NCBI GenBank assembly: GCA_964389035.1
Contig: CAYMCH010000002.1
Location: 1 to 41,433 of the forward strand
Direction of reading: 5' to 3'
DNA: 41,433 nucleotides
Source of the DNA: an uncultured Candidatus Saccharibacteria bacterium
Lineage (GTDB): Bacteria > Patescibacteriota > UBA1384 > XYA2-FULL-43-10
Shown: positions 35,240 through 41,433 of the stretch, piece by piece
Layout of the letters: the number at the start of each line of letters is the position of its first letter
How positions within the stretch are numbered: the first letter of the stretch is position 1
Program-made: the position numbers and the translations under genes
Notes under the pieces: generated by a model
Database searches by the model: none
Told to the model about the DNA's origin: nothing
The model's input: the letters and a program-made list of their open reading frames with translations, nothing else

Positions 35240-37312
35240 TTATTTGTTTTTGCCCTCAATAATTTTTGAAGCAACATGGCTAGGTGTTTCAGCATAATGC
35301 GAGAATTCCATAGAATAAGATGCTCTTCCCTGAGTCATAGATCGTAAAGATGTGGCGTAACCAAACATTTCTGCTAGAGGAACAATAGCACGTATAACCT
35401 TAGCATTGCCTCTGTCAGTCATTTCTTGAATTTGACCGCGTTTTGAATTTAAATCTCCCATTACGTCACCCATTGATTCTTCTGGAGTAGTAACTTCAAC
35501 TTTCATCACAGGCTCTAATAATACAGGATCAGCTCGTTTAAAACCGTCTTGAAAAGCCATACTACCGGCAATTTTGAAAGCCATTTCACTTGAGTCAACA
35601 TCGTGGAATGAACCGTCAAATAACTCTACAGCCACATCTACTACTGGATAACCTGCAAATACACCTCTTTGCATAGCTTCTTCAATACCAGCTTGTATTG
35701 GTCCAATAAATTCTTTTGGGATAGTGCCGCCAACAATTTTATTGATAAATTCGAATCCCTTACCAGCTTCTTGTGGTAATAGATTGATAACCACATGACC
35801 ATACTGACCACGCCCACCTGTCTGACGAATATATTTACCCTCAGCCTCAACTTTTTTACGACAAGTCTCACGATAAGCAACTTGTGGTTGACCCACATTG
35901 GCTTCAACTTTAAATTCGCGCTTCATACGATCAACAAGAATATCTAAGTGTAATTCACCCATGCCTGAGATAATTGTTTGACCTGTTTCCTCGTTACTAG
36001 ATACTCTAAATGTAGGATCTTCCTCGGCTAACCGTTGCAAGGCTACTCCCATTTTTTCTTGATCGGCTTTGGTTTTTGGTTCAATAGCCACATCAATAAC
36101 GGGTTCAGGAAAAGTAATTTGTTCAAGTATAATGGGGTTGTTTGGATCACAGAGAGTATCTCCTGTAGTAGTACCTGATAAACCTACGGCTGCTGCAATT
36201 TCTCCAGCATATACTACATCTACTTCTTCACGATGATTAGCATGCAAGCGAACAATTCTGCCAATCCTTTCCTTTTTACCAGAAACGGAATTTAGTATAT
36301 ACGAACCTTTATTTAATACACCTCGATAAACTCTAAAAAACACCAATTTACCCACAAATGGATCTGCTGCTACTTTAAAGGCAAGTGCTGCAAATGGTTC
36401 CTCGTCTTTGGCGTCTATATTAATCTCATCACCACTCTTGGGATCAATAGCAGTAGCTGGTGGAATATCGAGCGGTGATGGTAAATAATCTATAATAGCA
36501 TCAAGCAACTTAATTACTATTACACCACGGCCATCTCCACCAAGTATGGGATAAAATTTACCGGTTAGTGTGGCTTTACGAATCAATTCTTTAAATTCGA
36601 TTTCGCTAATTTCTTCTCCGCCTAAATATTTTTCCATAATATCATCATCGTACTCGACTACTTTTTCGAGCAATTGCTCGCGATATTCTTTTGCTTTTTC
36701 AAGATGATCGGCTGGAATTTCGCCCTCAGTTAATTCTTTATCTGTATAATCTTTGTAAGTAAAAGCTTTCATTGATACAAGATCTATAACACCGTTTATC
36801 GCTTGTTCAAAGCCGATCGGAATTTGTATTGGATATGCATTGGCGCTTAATCTTTCGCGTATGCTTTCTAATGATCTAAAAAAATCTCCGCCGGTTTGAT
36901 TGATCTTATTGATAAAACACATTCTAGGAACATGATATTTATCTGCTTGCCTCCATACAGTTTCGCTTTGTGGCTCCACTCCCATCTTTCCGTCAAATAT
37001 AACTACAGCACCATCTAATACACGTAGTGAACGCTCTACTTCTACGGTAAAATCTACGTGTCCAGGAGTATCTATAATATTAATGCGATGATTTTTCCAA
37101 AAAGCTGTTGTAGCAGCCGAAGTAATAGTAATGCCGCGCTCGCGTTCTTGCTCCATCCAGTCCATAGTGGCTTCGCCTTGATGTACTTCACCGATTTTGT
37201 GAGTGTGTCCGGTAGTGTATAAAATACCTTCGGTAACAGTAGTTTTTCCAGCATCAATGTGAGCAATAGTGCCAAAATTTCTAACTTTATTTAGTTTGTA
37301 ATCTCGCGACAT
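35240..37312 (-). CDS. fusA: elongation factor G
   Basis: 690 aa. [24 protein letters not shown](Q) G-motifs, and domain IV/V signatures ([16 protein letters not shown]). Confidence 0.98.
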   Translation of the reverse strand: MSRDYKLNKVRNFGTIAHIDAGKTTVTEGILYTTGHTHKIGEVHQGEATMDWMEQERERGITITSAATTAFWKNHRINIIDTPGHVDFTVEVERSLRVLDGAVVIFDGKMGVEPQSETVWRQADKYHVPRMCFINKINQTGGDFFRSLESIRERLSANAYPIQIPIGFEQAINGVIDLVSMKAFTYKDYTDKELTEGEIPADHLEKAKEYREQLLEKVVEYDDDIMEKYLGGEEISEIEFKELIRKATLTGKFYPILGGDGRGVIVIKLLDAIIDYLPSPLDIPPATAIDPKSGDEINIDAKDEEPFAALAFKVAADPFVGKLVFFRVYRGVLNKGSYILNSVSGKKERIGRIVRLHANHREEVDVVYAGEIAAAVGLSGTTTGDTLCDPNNPIILEQITFPEPVIDVAIEPKTKADQEKMGVALQRLAEEDPTFRVSSNEETGQTIISGMGELHLDILVDRMKREFKVEANVGQPQVAYRETCRKKVEAEGKYIRQTGGRGQYGHVVINLLPQEAGKGFEFINKIVGGTIPKEFIGPIQAGIEEAMQRGVFAGYPVVDVAVELFDGSFHDVDSSEMAFKIAGSMAFQDGFKRADPVLLEPVMKVEVTTPEESMGDVMGDLNSKRGQIQEMTDRGNAKVIRAIVPLAEMFGYATSLRSMTQGRASYSMEFSHYAETPSHVASKIIEGKNK

Positions 37313-37506
37313 AAAATCTCCAATAATTTTTCAATATAAAAATATCCCCCGTATATTATAAAATAATAGCACGATTTGCCACGATTAGTCAAATGTGAAA
37401 AAGTATCTTGATTGAATCTATAAAAGATTTTTACTCTATTGTAATACTTAAATTTTGCTTAGTAATAATATTATTATAAATTTCGATTTTCAGTAAATTG
37501 GTTTGA

Positions 37507-37534
37507 GCGGCCAGCCGATATATCGGCTGGCCGC
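37507..37534. repeat. 28-bp perfect GC-rich palindrome
   Basis: GCGGCCAGCCGATA|TATCGGCTGGCCGC, with 14-bp arms and no mismatches. It lies 7 nt beyond the stop of the small minus-strand ORF and could act as a hairpin terminator, but no U-tract follows on either strand. Confidence 0.9.
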
Positions 37535-37541
37535 ATGAGTG

Positions 37542-37718
37542 CTACCAGGCCCCAAGAGGCCCGGTATCCTTTTGGGGACGATTCAGATCTTTCTCAAATA
37601 TCGACGAAAGATCTAAATCCGAACGCTTTCCCAATATCATAAGTGCTTCCATGGGGGAAGCTCCTATGAAGCCTGATTCTTCATAAGTCTCTTTCTTCAT
37701 ATCTCTGTTATCTACCAC
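37542..37718 (-). CDS. small hypothetical ORF (58 aa) in a GC-rich insert upstream of fusA
   Basis: Not in the track. AGGAGG (37725-37730), a 6-nt spacer, then GTG at 37718. My translation is VVDNRDMKKETYEESGFIGASPMEALMILGKRSDLDLSSIFEKDLNRPQKDTGPLGAW-stop. An in-frame ATG at 37700 has no SD. I recognise no family. The segment is also hairpin-rich and could instead be an RNA. Confidence 0.35.
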   Translation of the reverse strand: MVDNRDMKKETYEESGFIGASPMEALMILGKRSDLDLSSIFEKDLNRPQKDTGPLGAW

Positions 37719-37853
37719 TGTCGTGCCTCCTTTTCTTATATATCAGCATTTTACCTAATTATATATAATATGACCATTTAAAGGTTTGCAACTATTCTCT
37801 CTCTTTATTCATTGGTATTTTTAGTTTACCATAACTATGATAGCTCACTCATC

Positions 37854-37873
37854 TCACAGGGGATCACAGGGGA
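37854..37873. repeat. perfect 10-bp tandem duplication TCACAGGGGA x2
   Basis: 37854-37863 equals 37864-37873. It is followed by reiterated CTTTGCT units (37881-37899). It sits just downstream of the stop of the minus-strand BI-1 gene. Confidence 0.85.
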
Positions 37874-37909
37874 CGGTTCTCTTTGCTTTGCTCTTTGCTT
37901 ATCTAATTG

Positions 37910-38596
37910 TTATCTTCTCTTTCCTAAGATTTTTAATAAGTCTAAAAATAAATTCATATAATCTAGATATAGTGTTAGCGCTCCCATAATCGCCTCTTTT
38001 TCATCTTCTGGCGTGTTTTCGTTTCCGATAATATTATTATTTCTAATTTTTTGGGTATCGTAAGCTGTTAATCCAGTAAAAACGATAATACCAATAAACG
38101 ATAGAATGTAATCTAACCCACTGCTTTGCAAAAACAGATTGACTATTCCTGCAATTACCAAACCTAATAATCCCATCTTCAATACTTGACCAATATTCGA
38201 TAAATCTTTTTTAGTGTAATATCCATAGATGCCCATAACTCCAAACATTCCAGCAGAAATAAAAAATGTTTTGCAAATTGACTCTATTGTGAAAGCCAAA
38301 AAAATAACGGATAAAGTTAGCCCGGTCATAAAACAATAAACTAGAAACATTATTATTGCCGTTTGAGAAGATATTCTCTTCATAAGCCAGACTAAACTTA
38401 AACCTAATGCAATCTCTCCAAATAGTAATAGATAAAATACTATTTTGCTAAATATTATATATTCATATAATGTCGGATCATTGGAAATCCAGTATGCAGT
38501 GATTCCAGAAACCAATAGACCCAAAAACATCCATTCATAAACTTTTTGGAAAAATCTGCTGTTTTCATCAGTATTGTTTTGTGTGAAATAATCCAT
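37910..38596 (-). CDS. BAX inhibitor-1/YccA family membrane protein
   Basis: 228 aa with about 7 TM helices. C-terminal AYDTQKI...GALTLYLDYMNLFLDLLKILG is the family signature. Confidence 0.85.
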   Translation of the reverse strand: MDYFTQNNTDENSRFFQKVYEWMFLGLLVSGITAYWISNDPTLYEYIIFSKIVFYLLLFGEIALGLSLVWLMKRISSQTAIIMFLVYCFMTGLTLSVIFLAFTIESICKTFFISAGMFGVMGIYGYYTKKDLSNIGQVLKMGLLGLVIAGIVNLFLQSSGLDYILSFIGIIVFTGLTAYDTQKIRNNNIIGNENTPEDEKEAIMGALTLYLDYMNLFLDLLKILGKRR

Positions 38597-38631
38597 GTTT
38601 ATCCTTTATTAAATTTATTCATGTTTCATAT

Positions 38632-39588
38632 TTAATTATTTATAAATATCTTAGTAATAATTTCCTCAATATCCGGTTCGGTGATAGTGATGTTTTCGGG
38701 TGGGAATGAATCAAAAACTTTACTGGCGGCTTCGCCGATGATGTCTTTAGATATCTTTATAGTGCCATAACCATCTGATAAAGATTTATTGTATGGGAGG
38801 TGAGCAAACATCTTTTCGTCTTCGGCAGAAGAAATATTGATTTTGATAACTTTATCGAAAGAATTCTTTTCAAATAACTTTGCCAGTTTATCGTCAAATA
38901 TTTTACGACCTTTATTAATAATTACCACTCTCTTACACAATTGTTCAATATCAGCCATGTAGTGACTGGTGAGAATTATAGTGCAGCCACTATCTTTATT
39001 AATTTGCTTCAAAAATTTGCGGATTGATTGAGCAGATACCACATCCAAGCCAATGGTCGGCTCATCGAGGAATATTACTTTGGGATTATGTAAAAAACAT
39101 GCTGTAAGCTCGCATTTCATGCGCTCTCCTAGAGACATATTACGCAGTCTTTGGTTTATGATATTGCCCATACCAAGCATATCAACCATCCTGTCCATAT
39201 TTTTCTTATAAGTTTTTTTGGGGATATTGTATATTTCGCGCATTAAATTGAACGAATCTGTTGCTGGCAAGTCCCACCATAGCTGATTCTTTTGTCCCAT
39301 AACTAAAGAAATTTGATTTAAATAGGCATATTTCTTATCCCATGGTGTAAAACCTAATACGGTAGCTTTACCACTTGAGGGATAAATTATGCCTGAAATT
39401 ATTTTAATAAATGTTGTTTTACCTGCACCGTTTGGACCTAAAAAACCTACAAATTCGCCTTCTTCGACCTCTAAATCAAAATCTGAGACAGCATAAGTCT
39501 CTGTTTTATTTCGTTTAAAAAGACTTCTAACATCTGAATCAGTTTTGAAATATTTTTTACAAATTTTATTTGCAGTTATTGCTTTCAT
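38632..39588 (-). CDS. ABC transporter ATP-binding protein (COG4586-like, partner of ABC-2/DUF990 permeases)
   Basis: Walker A GPNGAGKTT, signature LSLGERMK, Walker B VIFLDEPTIGLD, H-loop TSH. Start placed at the ATG at 39588, after the permease stop. The track ORF extends to 39633. Confidence 0.9.
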   Translation of the reverse strand: MKAITANKICKKYFKTDSDVRSLFKRNKTETYAVSDFDLEVEEGEFVGFLGPNGAGKTTFIKIISGIIYPSSGKATVLGFTPWDKKYAYLNQISLVMGQKNQLWWDLPATDSFNLMREIYNIPKKTYKKNMDRMVDMLGMGNIINQRLRNMSLGERMKCELTACFLHNPKVIFLDEPTIGLDVVSAQSIRKFLKQINKDSGCTIILTSHYMADIEQLCKRVVIINKGRKIFDDKLAKLFEKNSFDKVIKINISSAEDEKMFAHLPYNKSLSDGYGTIKISKDIIGEAASKVFDSFPPENITITEPDIEEIITKIFINN

Positions 39589-39590
39589 GT

Positions 39591-40382
39591 TTAGCTCGAG
39601 GCGCTTCCATAGTGTTTTTCGCCGGCTTTCCATAATTTTATGGATAAAAAGCCAAATAATATTGTGATTATCAACATATAGATTATATAGTAATACTTTG
39701 GTCTGTAAAACAAGGTCTCAGCAGGTATGTAGGTTGTTGCTAGAATGGGAAATATTGCAAATAATAAAACTTTGATAGTTCTGGAAAATATTCCGGCAGG
39801 ATAGCGAGCAAACTGTAAGGCTCGGTTCATGGCATCTCTCAATGAATATAAACGTACATACCAAAATGTCGGGATTATGCTTATAACAGTAAGAAAATAA
39901 AACAAAATTTGTCCAAGTATAAATAATAATAAAAACATAATAATATTTATTGCGCTTATATTCATATCGGCTTTTATAGCTGAGTAAAAAGACAAGATAA
40001 CCACAGCAATAGATGTTAATATTTGATAAATTCTAGGGTCGCTCATAGATACCATAATCATGGGATTAACCGGTTTTACCAAATAAAAATCGTAATCGCC
40101 TTTGCGTATGGTTTCGGTTGCCATATTGCCAAGACCCTTTCGATAAAACAACGAACTTAATACACCAGTAATTTTCATCATTGAAAATATAAACAAAACC
40201 TGATAAAAATTCCAGCCGGATAAAGATTCAACGTTACTGAAAATAATATTAAACATAATAACTGTCATTAAAATTTCCAGCAATGATATTACTAGATTGA
40301 ATATTATCACTCCAGAAATATTGATATCTCTAGTAAAAGCATTTTTAAAAATTATTTTATATATATTAAAATATCGAATCAT
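39591..40382 (-). CDS. ABC-2 family transporter permease (DUF990-like)
   Basis: 263 aa with about 6 TM helices. Translationally coupled to its neighbours. Family assignment rests on context and topology. Confidence 0.7.
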   Translation of the reverse strand: MIRYFNIYKIIFKNAFTRDINISGVIIFNLVISLLEILMTVIMFNIIFSNVESLSGWNFYQVLFIFSMMKITGVLSSLFYRKGLGNMATETIRKGDYDFYLVKPVNPMIMVSMSDPRIYQILTSIAVVILSFYSAIKADMNISAINIIMFLLLFILGQILFYFLTVISIIPTFWYVRLYSLRDAMNRALQFARYPAGIFSRTIKVLLFAIFPILATTYIPAETLFYRPKYYYIIYMLIITILFGFLSIKLWKAGEKHYGSASS

Positions 40383-41173
40383 CGCCCTGTCCCCTCATAC
40401 TTTATTAATCCGGTTGAATATACAACTTTGAATATAAAATAAAATATAATACCCCATGCCAAAATTGCTAACCAAGATGATATTATTTCTTGTTGATTGA
40501 GCTTACCAAGATATATTTCTATGGGCGTAAAAAACAAATATTTGAATGGAAGAATCGTAAAAATATTTTTAATATCGCTACTTAGAAATGCTAAAGGAAA
40601 CATCGAACCAGCCAAAAATCCAGACACAAAATCTATAAGTTCGATAAGAGATCTTCTGTCGCCATAATGAAATGTCATGGCATGAAAGATCATATGAAAA
40701 AAGAAATTCATAATCGTGGACAATAAGATGGTAATAATAAAATATAAAACATTTAAGGGTGAGGATATAGTCATATATTCAAAGCCCGAAAAAAACATAA
40801 TAATTAAAAAAGGTAAAAAAGTAATAATTCCTAATATTATATCTGCGGCAGTAGCTAATAAATAAATGAGAATTATGTTGTATGGCTTGGAAAGATCGTT
40901 GGTAAAATTACCGTTCCATATCTCTTCTCCTAAATATATTAAGTACATTAAATTGAAGCGAAAAATAAAAGTCGTTAGGAGGTAATACGTGATGGTATTG
41001 GATATGGTATAAGAATTTATATTATCGATATTTCCAGATTTATACACTGCTAGCCAAAGAGCGATTGAAATATAGAAGAAGACAGTATTCATTGCCATAA
41101 ACAAAAAATAATCAGCTTTGTAAGAAGTCGTCTGATTGACGCAAACTTTAAAATATGTCAAATATTTTTGCAT
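40379..41173 (-). CDS. ABC-2 family transporter permease (DUF990-like)
   Basis: About 6 TM helices. Start placed at the Met of MQKYLTYFKVCVNQTTSYKADYF. The track ORF extends to 41290 through AT-rich sequence. 4-nt overlap with the downstream permease. Confidence 0.65.
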   Translation of the reverse strand: MQKYLTYFKVCVNQTTSYKADYFLFMAMNTVFFYISIALWLAVYKSGNIDNINSYTISNTITYYLLTTFIFRFNLMYLIYLGEEIWNGNFTNDLSKPYNIILIYLLATAADIILGIITFLPFLIIMFFSGFEYMTISSPLNVLYFIITILLSTIMNFFFHMIFHAMTFHYGDRRSLIELIDFVSGFLAGSMFPLAFLSSDIKNIFTILPFKYLFFTPIEIYLGKLNQQEIISSWLAILAWGIIFYFIFKVVYSTGLIKYEGTGR

Positions 41174-41433
41174 ATAGTGTAAGTATATAATTAACAAAAT
41201 AATACATACTAATTTGTATAATTGGTATTGGTTAATATATATAAAAAAAATACATTCAAGATTGCCTAAATTTATAATTTCATAATTCATAACAAAAAAA
41301 TCTAGTAGGATTTATTTGTTATGATGAAATATACACTATTTTCATAATTCAATTTTTATAAAATTGTTGTCAGAAGTCTCTACCTTCTCCATCTCTATAG
41401 TATCACTAAGTACAACCATACCTTTCTTAATCT

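Noticed and set aside
41342-41431. Possible 3' end of a minus-strand gene entering from the right edge (...IKKGMVVLSDTIEMEKVETSDNNFIKIEL-stop).
   Set aside because: Only 29 codons are visible and no motif is recognisable. It cannot be distinguished from a chance open frame.

Overview
AT-rich window (about 30-35% GC by eye) from a reduced bacterial genome. About 32 kb is translation and core machinery. On the plus strand: leuS, rpmF, nusB, rnc. On the minus strand: fusA, tuf, the S10/spc/alpha ribosomal protein operons with secY, adk, map, infA and rpmJ, then rplM-rpsI, rbfA, pheST and aspS, plus a D-Ala-D-Ala carboxypeptidase, a pseudouridine synthase and a DUF2330-like envelope protein. S5 is followed directly by L15 with no L30 gene. 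PheS lacks its N-terminal arm and AspRS lacks the GAD insertion. Together these fit a Patescibacteria/CPR-like lineage (inference). The right end holds a BAX-inhibitor-family membrane protein and a three-gene ABC-2 transporter. The accessory part is the first ~5.4 kb, which is visibly more GC-rich. It holds a tight XRE - HsdM-like N6-adenine methyltransferase - DUF3800 operon with no HsdS or HsdR in view. Next to it is a large serine recombinase gene bracketed by a 122-bp near-perfect inverted repeat. The right arm of that repeat is the gene's own 3' end and runs into the CCA end of a convergent tRNA-Ala(GGC). Beyond the tRNA lies a ~450-bp GC-rich patch with an orphan zinc-ribbon ORF. A second anomaly lies upstream of fusA, where rpsL-rpsG would be expected. 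It is a ~600-bp non-core segment with a 28-bp perfect GC-rich palindrome, several further hairpins, a 58-codon ORF with a strong SD, and a 10-bp tandem repeat. The best candidate for something new is the recombinase inverted-repeat cassette next to the XRE-methylase-DUF3800 module. All functional claims about it are inference from sequence layout.
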